A stretch of DNA of 64,000 bases from assembly GCA_951406725.2 (NCBI GenBank), contig OX597835.1, positions 40,920,001 to 40,984,000 of the forward strand, read 5' to 3'. Below the pieces are notes generated by a model that was given only the letters and a program-made list of their open reading frames with translations, did no database searches and was not told where the DNA came from. The DNA is from Octopus vulgaris (taxonomy: Eukaryota). This document shows, one piece after another, positions 36,326 to 47,360 of this stretch (positions are counted from its first letter, which is position 1; the number at the start of each line of letters is the position of its first letter). The translations under genes were made by a program, and so were the position numbers.

Positions 36326-39300
36326 AATATATATATATACATATATACGACAGGCTTTTTTCAGTTTCCGTCTACCAAATCCACTCACAAGGCTTTGGTT
36401 GGCCCGGGGCTATAGTAGAAGACACTTGCCCAAGGTGCCACGCAATGGGACTGAACCCAGAACCATGTGGTTGGTAAGCAAGCTACTTACCACACAGCCA
36501 CTCCTGCGCCATGGCAACATTGGCATAACATTTTTGTCCTGAAAGTAAAAATGACTTCTGCACATATTTCAAATTAAACATTTTAAACCAAATTCTTACC
36601 TCACTCATTGACTCAGAAATTCCTTTTTAATTCTCTCTCCTTTCTCTAATCTCCCTTTCTCTCTCTAGCCCACTCCTCATTCCTCTCCAATTTACACACC
36701 CCTCTCTAATTCACTCTCATGTTTCTTTCTTCCTTTATTTCACCACCACCCCTGCTTCCACCTTCAGTCAACCATTTCCCTCCCCCTCTGTCTGTCTGTC
36801 TGTCTGTCTTTCAAGTACATCTTTTACATTGTGATCCTTCAATACCTGAAATACCTTTAACGATCTTAAATTTTCCTCCGTTTCCCTGTCTTTCTCTTCC
36901 AGTCCAGTGAAAGACACTGTTGTGGTCAATGACCGATGGGGAGCTGGAACTGCTTGTCACCATGGAGACTTTTACACATGCCAAGATAGATATAATCCTG
37001 GTGAGTACAAAATACCAAATGACTGATATATAGAAAGATAGTTATATGCTACTTGGAACATGTTTTTGTCTGTTAAAATGGTGAGATGGTGCTTGAAAAA
37101 GTTTCTAAGGTTAACTCTTTAAGCAACATGGTTCCCAGGGCAGGTGTATAACATCATTTTGTGAGACATTTAAGCAGTTGAGAGACCAATCTTTTTCTGT
37201 ATATGATACCAGCCTGTTGGAAATTACTACAACTGTAGTAATTGTGACCCAGCATCAGATGTTATTAACTACAACTGTTGTGTGTGGGATCCTGTTAAAC
37301 TAGTCTCAACTTTGTTTGATTGGAATCAAGTAGATTTGAGGCCGTGTATAACAGGATCACTGCACATTAGTTATCGGTTCGAAGCTGACGAAATAAACTG
37401 TGACATGCATTCAGTTTGAATTCATTTATTTGACATGAACTTGCTTTCACACCCCAAAATCGAAGAAATAAACTGACATGAACTCTAATTGAGTCAATCT
37501 TTATTGTTGACGATAATAAGCTGACAAAATTTGATCTTCAATGTTGAAGCGGTAAGCTGTGACATGATCTTGGCTTAACTTAATCTTCTTCAAAATTGAA
37601 GAGAGAAAACTGATTAAAAAGAAAATACATTATTCTGATTGTTAACCTCATGTTTTCTACTTAAGATTTAAATTTAAAAAAAAAGTTTAAATAATTTAAT
37701 TTGTTATTACATGTTATATATAAACACTGAGATAGATCTGGAGATAATTATCAGTAAACCTTTTTCTTCTTCTAAATGTCATTCATCCAGGTAAATTGGT
37801 AACTCACAAATGGGAGAATGCCATGACTATTGATAAAAAAGCCTGGGCCTACCGGCGCCAAGCTCGCTATTCCGACTTTTATTCCATCGAAGGGCTGATA
37901 TCTCTGCTGGTTGAGACCGTCAGGTTGGTACTGACTTTGTTTGGTATCTTTTATTTTCATTTTTGTTATTTTTGTGCATTAAAAGAATTGTCGGGGAATC
38001 AATCAGAATGCCTTACATTATTTAGTTGTGGACCCTGTTCCTTTTGAGTTCAAATACAAGGGGATGATTTAATCAACTGTTCCATCCACGGTTATTAAAA
38101 GCCATGTGTTTATGTTAGAAAACAAAATTGCTGTTTGTAGTTCTACCTTAGACTGTTTGGTCATGCCTGATTTTTTAAGCTGGATCCATGTTCTCTTTTC
38201 CAAGGATTTGGCTGGGGTGGTGGCTTGTGGTGATTAGCCGCCTCATGGTCACAGCGGGTGAGAGAGTATTTTGCGAGGATGGGAATTGACAGGTACACTG
38301 ACCATAGGATTGCCTGGGATGACCCAAACAAATACCAACAATTGATAGACACAGCAACAAGCTGCAACAGTGCACACCTCCATACCTGACCTGACCTAGT
38401 CCATCTGGCTGCAAGGAGGTGCTTGCTTTCAAATTTTGACACTGCACCAGCAATTTTAGAGGAGGAGTAAGTCAGTTACATCAACCCCAGTAGTCAACTG
38501 GTACCTATCTTATTGAACCTGAAGGGATGAAAGGCAAAGTTGACCCTGGTGGTTGTTGAACTCAGAATGTAAAGACGGACAAAATAGTTGCAGGAGTGGC
38601 TGTGTGGTGCTTGAAAAATAAGAGGTGTTACCTTAGTTCACTGGTAGTGAACAGCTGACACTGTAGTACATTTCCAGTGTTAGTAGCTGTGCAAAAGCAA
38701 TAATAATGATAATAATAATGATAATAATAATGATAATTACTTTGACTTTACTTGCTAATGCTGTTGTCGTCGATTGATTGGATCAACAAATTTATTTTTA
38801 GCTGTGGAGGAAACATACTTATGAACGTTGGACCCACCCATGATGGACGTATTGCTCCAATTTTTGAAGAGAGATTGCTCCAAGTTGGTCAATGGCTCAA
38901 AGTCAATGGAGAGGCCATCTATGCCAGCAGACCTTGGACCTACCAGAACGACACATATACAAAGAAAGTTTGGTAAGAATATTTGCTTCCATTATCTTCG
39001 TTTGTCTGAAATTGTTGTTGTTGTTTAACTTAGGTCAGCCGTCATTTAGCTGACATCGTGTACCTTGCAAAACATTTAGCAATGTGCCATTCATACTTTA
39101 CAAGACAGCAGAATAATTCAACGGTGTGGAGGGCATATACATATATGAATACCTATATATAACAAATGATACTCTTTTACTTGTTTCAGTCATTTGACTG
39201 TGGCCATGCTGTAGCCCCACCTTTAGTCGAGCAAATCGACCCCAGGACTTATTCTTTGTAAGTCCAGTACTTATTCTATCGGTCTCTTTTGCCGAACCGC

Positions 39301-40329
39301 TAAGTTACGGGGACGTAAACACACCAGCATCGGTTGTCAGGCGATGTTGAGGGAACAAGCACAGACACACAAACATATACACACATACATATATGTATAT
39401 ATACATATATACGACGGGCTTCTTTCAGTTTCTGTTGACCAAATCCACTCACAAGGCTTTGGTCGATTTAAGGCTATAGTAGAAGACACTTGCCCAAGGT
39501 GCTATGCAATGGGCCTGAACCCGGAAAACATGTGGTTCATAAGCAAGCTACTTACCACACAGCCACTCCTACACCTGATAGAGACAGAAAATGGAATATC
39601 CAAGAGACTTTATTGCCCACAGTGATTGTTTCAATCCATCTTGAATCACCCCTTCACAGTGAACATGCTTCATCGGCTAACTACTAGGAACACATCCAAC
39701 ACTTAAATAATTATTCTCTCTCTCTCTTTCATACACACACACACACACACACACATGAATGAGTAAAAGAAGAAAATGGCTCCGTCAAATTGGAAAGAAA
39801 CCTCTTCCCCCTCTCTCTCTCTCCTTTATTATCTAGTGCTTTTGTTCATTTTTTGAACTTTCAAGTCAAAATCGAAATCAAAATGGTAACAACAGAACAT
39901 TTCATTGTTCATTTATATGAATCGGATGCTTTTAAGTAAAAAGTTTCTTATTCTTTATTTTACCTGAAGTAATAGCTTCCCGTATACTTTTACAGGTGTA
40001 ACAACTTGTCCTGTAGTTTTCCAGGTTTATAATCTTAAGAATATTGCTTTCCATGCTCACATTTTTCCATGTAATATATATGTATGTGTATGTGTGTATG
40101 CATATGTATGTGTATGTATACATATATATATATAGGCATATGTATGTATATGTGTATTTCTCTCCATGTTTCTCTCCTTGTTTTTTTTCTGTGTATCTTT
40201 CTGTCGAAGAGCGTAGGCTCGAAACGTAAAAGACTTTTTCTATTTCTATTCCTGAGCGCTATACTAATACATTTGTTTGTTTGTACTCCACCTGCCTTCG
40301 TCTTTTGTTTATTTTCGTAAACTTTCCTG

Positions 40330-40362
<33 letters not shown>

Positions 40363-40822
40363 TATGTACATATATGTGCATATATACATGTGTGTGTGTG
40401 TATGCATATGTATGTATATGTATGTATATATATGTGTGTGTGTGTATCTATATATGCATATGTATGTATATGTGTATATATACATGTGCGTGTGTGTTTA
40501 TGAATACATAATATTGCTCCATGCCATTATCTGTTTTTCTTGTTTTACCATTTCTCTCCCCTCCAGGTACACGAGTAAAATGGAGAACAACACAAAAGTT
40601 GTGTATGCTACGATGTTGTTTTGGCCAAATACTAATATTGTCATCCTTGGAGCTGTAAAACCAACGTCAAGAACAGTTGTCTACATGCTTGGTTATCCAA
40701 AGCCAATTGGGTACATTTACTTTCCTTCAATTGGGCTTAAAATTATCCTCCCAAACATCCCTGCATCAACCTTACCCTGTGACTGGGCATGGGTGTTTAA
40801 AATTACAAACCTTGAGGAATAA
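28188..40822 (+). CDS. FUCA: Alpha-L-fucosidase (GH29), copy 1; exons 28188-28594, 32060-32166, 32358-32485, 33868-34001, 36903-37000, 37791-37923, 38802-38972, 40567-40822 (1434 nt, 477 aa)
   Basis: Hydrophobic signal peptide; GH29 motifs [47 protein letters not shown] (nucleophile Asp), [15 protein letters not shown]; all GT-AG junctions in frame; TAA ends at 40822. Confidence 0.96.
28985..29357. repeat. Inverted repeat, ~141-bp arms
   Basis: 28985-29125 vs 29217-29357. Confidence 0.9.
29211..29290 (+). ncRNA. Hammerhead ribozyme motif, FUCA copy 1 intron 1 (sense)
   Basis: UUC-CUGAAGA-GAAAGaCACAAU...AUUGUGcCUUUC-GAA-ACACGUGU-A-GAA. Confidence 0.72.
29444..30417. repeat. Inverted repeat, ~150-bp arms
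   Basis: 29444-29593 vs 30268-30417. Confidence 0.88.
31189..31268 (-). ncRNA. Hammerhead ribozyme motif, same family as 29211
   Basis: UUC-CUGAAGA-gAAAGCUGCAAA...UUUGCAGCcUUU-GAA-ACAUGUGU-A-GAA. Confidence 0.65.
32060..32166 (+). CDS. FUCA: FUCA copy 1 exon 2
   Basis: [35 protein letters not shown]. Confidence 0.95.
32358..32485 (+). CDS. FUCA: FUCA copy 1 exon 3
   Basis: [25 protein letters not shown]...KFVR. Confidence 0.95.
32677..32750 (+). ncRNA. Degenerate hammerhead motif (GAAA->AAAA); duplicate at ~59941-60014
   Basis: UGCA-CUGAUGA-...-aAA-ACAAUUGU-A-UGCA. Confidence 0.45.
32886..32935 (+). ncRNA. Compact, apparently intact hammerhead ribozyme, FUCA copy 1 intron 3 (sense)
   Basis: GGGUCA-CUGAUGA-AGAUU gauua AAUCU-GAA-AUCAG ca CUGAU-A-UGACUC; 6-bp stem I, 5-bp stem II, 4-5-bp stem III; predicted cleavage after 32929. 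Confidence 0.72.
33868..34001 (+). CDS. FUCA: FUCA copy 1 exon 4
   Basis: [44 protein letters not shown]. Confidence 0.95.
34041..35458 (-). mobile_element. 5'-truncated R4/Dong-clade non-LTR retrotransposon in (TAA)n
   Basis: [16 protein letters not shown]-like knuckle, RHD, RPDII and KYKDL (restriction-like endonuclease); (TTA)n on both flanks. Confidence 0.82.
36903..37000 (+). CDS. FUCA: FUCA copy 1 exon 5
   Basis: [32 protein letters not shown]. Confidence 0.95.
37791..37923 (+). CDS. FUCA: FUCA copy 1 exon 6
   Basis: [22 protein letters not shown]...LVETV. Confidence 0.95.
38802..38972 (+). CDS. FUCA: FUCA copy 1 exon 7
   Basis: [45 protein letters not shown]. Confidence 0.95.
40567..40822 (+). 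CDS. FUCA: FUCA copy 1 exon 8 (terminal)
   Basis: [20 protein letters not shown]...[16 protein letters not shown]. Confidence 0.93.
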
Positions 40823-40835
40823 ACTTGCTCTCTCT

Positions 40836-40987
40836 TTATCTATCTATCTATCTATCTACCTACCTACCTACCTACCTACCTACCTACCTATCTATCTGTC
40901 TGTCGATCTATCTATCTGTCTATCTATCTACCTACATACCTACCTACCTACCTATCTATCTACCTACCTACCTACCTACCTACCTAC

Positions 40988-41037
<50 letters not shown>

Positions 41038-41210
41038 GTCTATCTATCTACCTGTCAAACTACCTATCTACCTACCTACCTACCTATCTATCTGTCTATC
41101 TATCTACCTACCTACCTACCTACCTACCTACCTATCTATCTATCTATCTACCTACCTACCTACCTATCTATCTGTCTGTCTGTCTATCTACCTGTCTGTC
41201 TGTCTGTCTA
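40836..41210. repeat. (CTAT/CTAC)n compound microsatellite right after the FUCA stop codon
   Basis: Direct reading. Confidence 0.92.
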
Positions 41211-41439
41211 CGCATTTATACAAAGACAAATGGATATTTATATGTATATATAACATATATATATAACATATGTATGTATGTATGTATGTATATATATGTA
41301 TTAATTGAAGTGTACAGTATTATATATCCATTACAGCTGATCTAACTAATTTGTTTCACATTGGGGTCCGGTGGGGTGTTAGATAACAGCTCAATTACTT
41401 AACCCTGCACTCTTCAGAGATGGCAGTTATAGAAAATAT

Positions 41440-42035
41440 GGTGACTGCTCCGTATTGTTTGAGGTGAGAAGCATTAAAACTCACATGGGTAAGATTTTCC
41501 TGAGCTTAGCAGACAAACACTTCCCTGATACAAATAGGTTCAGTGAAATATTAAATAGGCACACCCTGAGGGCTTCTTTTGGTTGTGCACCTAATGTAAA
41601 AAAGGTATTAGTTGGTAGACCCACACCTGAGACAGAGATAGGATGCTCATGTAGGAGTACCACATGTCCATTTAATGGTAACAGCAATTGGACTAAATGA
41701 GGAGCTAAATGTGCAAAAGTATGTGGGTGTAACTGAAGAGCCCTTCATAACCTGATACAACAACCACAAGTCCTATTTCAACATCCTGGAGAAACAAAGC
41801 ACCACAACCCTGGGCAAGTACATGTGGAAGTTGAAAGAGTGCTATAGAATACAACATAAAGTGGAGAATATTAGAAAAATTCCAAGTTTACTTCAATAGG
41901 AGCAGGAAGTGCAGATTATGTCTAACTGAGAAAAGAGCTGTATTAAAGAACTCTCAGTACTCAGACATCTATTTGAATAGCTGATATGAAATTTTTAATC
42001 CATGCCCACATGAAAGGAAATACATTCTAGCATAC
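41440..42035 (+). mobile_element. Penelope-like element remnant (RT linker plus GIY-YIG endonuclease)
   Basis: GKIFLSLADKHFP...CSCRSTTCPFNG, KYVGVTEEPF..YNNHKS, CRLCLTEK; stops and frameshifts. Confidence 0.8.
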
Positions 42036-45000
42036 CTACATGCCTCATTGTTACTATAGTCACTAATTCCTCAAATTCATCTGTCCCACCACCAATATCT
42101 GGGAATCCACCAATGGGTTTGACCCAAACATACACAAAAGCACCCTAACATGGTGGACAGCCACCTAATTGATCCTTTTTCCACCCAATATAAGTCTCCA
42201 CATATATAGTACTGCTGCACACATTCCATATCTACACAAATACTCCAAAGAATTTAATGAAAACATAAGCAAAACACACTGATGCTTATGCAGCCTTTAG
42301 ATACCCCAATAGTCTGATAATCAAGGCATTTTAGCTACCAGGCTTAAAGTATAAAAAAGAGTTTTTAATTTTGTGTGAGCATTTTACCCAAATTTCATTG
42401 CATTTACTGATAACATAACCAAAACGTTTTAGGGTTTCCAATAATTCAGTGAAACAAAGTCTACACCTATATCTAACACCACACGCATTTTAATAGAGAT
42501 ATATATAGAAATATATATTTCTCTCTCTTCTTTTTTTGTTTTTGCATATATTCTTAAAGGCTTTTGTTCATTTTATGTCACTGAAGTATGGTCATGCTGG
42601 GGCACCACATTTAATGGTTTTAATCAATCATACTGAATATTTTTTTTTATTTTGGTACTTATTTTATTGATCTTTGACAAGTGCATATATAGCAGGTTTC
42701 TGTACAGTTTCCATTTGAATAATTTCACTCACAAGTTATTGGTCAATCTGGATCTGTGGCAGATACATTTGCTCAAGGTGCCACACAGTGCACATGCACT
42801 TCTGAACCCTGCAGTTATGCTTGCTAAAATATATACATAAGGATGAGGGACCCTTCCCCTGCTACATAGGCTTATATAACTAGTTTCCCAGATTCTGTGG
42901 CATATATATTCCCTTCTGGTGGTCTGGAGCAACATGAAATGAAGTGTTTTGCTCAAGAACACTCAATGCATTGTCCAGTCCTGGAATTGAAACCTCAATC
43001 TTACAATCATGAGTGCAACACCCTAACCACTAAGCCACATGCTTCCACACACACACACATTTAGTATGATTAATGGAAGCAGTATTTGTTTAAAATAGCA
43101 ATCTGTATATCACACTTAGTTATAACATTGAAAGCCTGCTAAACTGGTATTTGCCTCAAAAGAGCATCTCTTACAGACATGTAGTGTTAAAAAGCACAAA
43201 TATATCAGAAGCAGATGAAAATAGTCCAGCAGCAATGTTGGCATAGCTTAATATGTATTTCTGCTGCTTTGAGCCTTGTCAGTAACAAGTATCCACTACC
43301 AACCTTCTAATATGGAAAAACTGTGACTGAAAAATCACTGATGTCACAATTAGTCGGCCAGCTAAATAAAAATTTGCTATTAGCAATGAAAATTTTATTC
43401 ATTAAAAATAGCAATCTGTGTGTCATACTTAAAGCAGATATATGATTTTTGTCTGCTCCTGATGCATTTCTGTTTTTTTAATACTGTGTTTATAAGAGGT
43501 ACTTTCTTGTGACAGAAACTGCAGTTGGCAGGCTTTCCGTGATGTATTTGCGTAAAATATGATATACGGAATGATATATGCATATGTGTGTGAGATGACA
43601 TGGTGTAGTGGTTGGGATGTTGCACGCACAACTGTGAGATTATGGTTTTGATTCCCAGACCAGACTATGTATTGTGTTTCTGAGCAAAGTACTTAATTTC
43701 ACATTACTCCAGTCTGCTCAGCTGCAAATGGGCAACTCTGCAATGGAATGGTGTTCCTCAGGCAGAATGTTGCCCCACCCAGTGGGGCAGCATCATTTAA
43801 GAGCTGCAACAATGCAAAGCGCATTGTGACTAGCGGTGTAGAACAAAATCAAAGTCTGGTCAATACCATGATATATGGATGGACAGAACAGGCACAAGCG
43901 TGTCTGTGTGGTTAAGATGTTTGCTTCCTACCCAAATGGTTTTATGTTCAATCCTACTGTAAGGCACCTTGGGAAAGTGTCTTCTAGAATAGCTCCAGAC
44001 TGGCCAAAGCCTTGAGTAGATTTCGTACATGAGAACTTACAGAAAGCCTGTTATATATATATATCACCGTGACCGACCAGGCTATCAGATGTTGTTACAC
44101 ATCGCTGGTCACAATGCGTTTCGCATTGTTTTAGCCTCCAAATGACACCATCCCACTAGCTAAGCAAGCAGGCCAACAGAAGAAAGAGCGAGAGAAAGTT
44201 GTGGCGAAAGAGTACAGCAGGGATCGCCACCACCCCCTGCTGGAGCCTTGTGGAGCTTTAGGTGTTTTTCGCTCAATAAACACTCACAACGCCCGGTCTG
44301 AGAATCAAAACCGCGATCCTACGACCGCAAATTCGCTGCCCTAACCACTGGGCCATTGCGCCTCCATATATATATATATGTTTGTGTGTGTCTCCTTGTT
44401 GTCACATCTTGTGATTGTTGTGAACAAGTGTCATTCATTTCTGATAATTTGTGAAAACATGTCTGGCCATGAGGAAATATTACCTCCCTTAGAAACAGGT
44501 GAAGGTTGTTGACAGGAAGAGCACCGGGCGAAAGGAAAATCTGACTCAAAAAACACTGTTCAACCCATTTAAGCAAAGAAAAGTGAATGTTGAAATAAAG
44601 ATGATGTATGCAGATATAATGAGAGTATGTGTGCTGGTGGCACGTAAAAAGCACCCACTACACTCTCGGAGTGGTTGGCATTAGGAAGGGCATCCAGCTG
44701 TAGAAACACTGCCAGATCAGACTGGAGCCTGGTGCAGCCTTCTGGTTTCCCACATCCCCGGTCGAACCGTCCAACCCATGCTAGCATGGAAAGCGGACAT
44801 TAAATGATGATGATGTATTGTATATACACAAACACATGAAGATAAGGTATACCCTCTATTATACCATTCTCATCTTGGATGTGCCTTCAGTTCGTTATTC
44901 AGCTTCACTTTGACTGCTTAATTACCAAATGTTATTCGGACGGGGTCTTACCATTTCTGGTACTGAGCTAATGGGACCAGTTTTGTTTTCTAAGGCCAAT

Positions 45001-46511
45001 TGTTCCTATGACACTTTTGGAGGTATTAAATTTAATTTGTCATAGATTGGCCCAAGTTTTAATAACTTTTCTTCAGAATTGATAAGACATGTGTGCGCAA
45101 ACATACAAAATTTTAAAAAAAGACAAAAAAAAACATATTTCTATTTTTGAAGGAAAAAAAATTTAATTACTGAAACTTAACTTTTGCATTAATTTTATAA
45201 TGTTAAATGAAAAATAAAATTTGTATTTTCTAATTCTGAAATCTTAGTGTTTTTATTCACATCATTTTTCTCATTTCTTCTGTTGGTATTCTTGTTTAGC
45301 CCTAGGTCAATCCTGATCAAATGTATTCCACCCATCATTTTTTCTTAATGTACAACAGAGGACCAAATCACATATATTAAGATGTAGAGTGTAACTTGGA
45401 GACTTGGTTGTTATTTCTAGCAAGTCACGTAAACACATAGATGGCCCTTTATTGACTCAAGATGTTGTTCATGGTGGTGGTGTTTAACCCCAGGCTAGTA
45501 CTGATCCAACATACCTATGATCACATGTTTCTAGCAGTGATCATTCTCCCATTTTTTCTTAAGACATAAATGTAGCAAGGGATCCAGAATCCAGTGTCCT
45601 TCCTTATTGTGATTTGAGGACAATTCAGATGCTATTTCTAACAGGTCAGGTAACCATGTACAGGCAATGGGAGCTTCTTTCTATTCAATCTCTCTTCAAG
45701 AAATATCAACCAAACCTCCCTCAAATTATTTCAACCTTTATTGCAGAAATCAGATCCACTCAAAATTTCATTACTTTTAACTGCAGAAAGTAGTTTTATA
45801 TTCCAATCTGTTGAGGAATGTCATGAACAGAATTATTGTACATAAGATATGTCAAGTTTATTGAGACACGACTTACAGAAAATACCAATTCTATATTTTA
45901 TAGTAAAATATTTAATATAATTACTGAAATAACGATGGAATTTAATTTCACTGTTAAAGAGTTAAATAAAGTATAAGACAGTCACCTGTGTATCATACTT
46001 AATGCAAATACTTAAAGCCAAATTAACACATCTAACATTCTGACTACCACCACTGCTGGACAATTTTCATGTGTTATTTAACACAATACATTCATCAGAG
46101 GTGCTGTATCCAGATAAATACAGCAGTTTATTTAGCTTTCTGTGAGGTATTTGCATTAAATATAATACACAGATGGCTATTTTAAACTAATATTGCTTCC
46201 GTTATGCATAAAAGCAGGATACATTGGATAACAAAGCCAGTCAGTGAAATACAAAAAAAGAGGGGATGGATGGTCATGGCCAGAATTCCTTCCATTATAA
46301 ATCTGTTTGATCAGGATTGATCTAGAAGTAAACAATAATGATTTATTGGGCCATATTTTTGTATCAAGTTATCAAAAATATCCCTCACCCATCTCCATTA
46401 GGTGATTGGTTGTATGGGAGGGGAGATAAACCAACAGCTGCTACACTAAATTCCACATGACATATCTCATAAACCATGTCTCTATTTTCAGAGTTGAGGT
46501 TGTGAGAAATT

Positions 46512-46990
46512 TAATAACAATAATAATAATGAAATTATTGTGTACAGTGCTCAGGTGCACCACAACTTGTCAGAGAGTGCGTGTAAAGCATATGCAGTAA
46601 TATACAAATGTCTGGAAAGCGAACAATGTATGAGTCAGATACATGCTTGTGTGTGTATGGAGGGGGAGAAAATCAGGTGTAGTGTTGGCGAATCACAGGA
46701 ATCATGGAAGTTTTGAAGGATGCAGTGCTCCAACAACTAACAACTGATGCTGGCAGTTTGTTCCATGCTTCAGCGACTCTCAGCGTGAAAAAATGTTTCC
46801 TAAAGTCATGGGAACTGTGCTGTTTTCTGACTTTGTAAACATGTCCACGGGTGTTAGACGGGTGGAGTTTGAAAAGGTGCCCAGAGCTATTGTTCGTAAG
46901 ATGGTTAATAATTTTATGGGTGGCTGCCAGACATTGAAGTTTCAATGTGTCCATGCCCAGGGAAGTAAGGCGTTCAGAATATGGCAAATA
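46512..46990 (-). mobile_element. CR1-like LINE 3' fragment; shorter + copy at ~51146-51425 (duplication unit 2 only)
   Basis: YSERLTSLG...TRGH...RKHFFTLRVAEAWNKLP with (ATT)n tail. Confidence 0.8.
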
Positions 46991-47127
46991 CCTGATGGAG
47001 GGTATTCATAACCATATGATTTTGGATTCAATCCCACTCAATATGCTACACTTTGCTGGTATCTTCTGCTACAGCCTCGAGTTGAGCAATTTCTTATGCA
47101 TGGAATTTGGTAGACACAATATATATA

Positions 47128-47360
47128 CAGGGTTGGCCAAAAGTTACCCGACAGTAAATGAAACCCATTTAATTTCAAAATATTTTAATGTTTAACGACT
47201 GATGAATTTAATAAAAGCACCTAAATATGAAACGTCATGAAAATTGTTCTGACTGAAGTCCTTCTTGAGCGACACCTTTTTTCCATTTGAGTCAATACAG
47301 AATTACAGAGAGTATTTATGGAATTTTGATTTAGTGTCGAGTGACTTTTGGCCAACCCTG
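47128..47360. mobile_element. Tc1/mariner-type MITE
   Basis: TIR CAGGGTTGGCCAAAAGT(T/C)AC, TA on both sides. Confidence 0.8.

Noticed and set aside
47196-47242. CTGATGA...GAAACGTC hammerhead-like string
   Set aside because: No closing stem I; lies within a Tc1/mariner MITE
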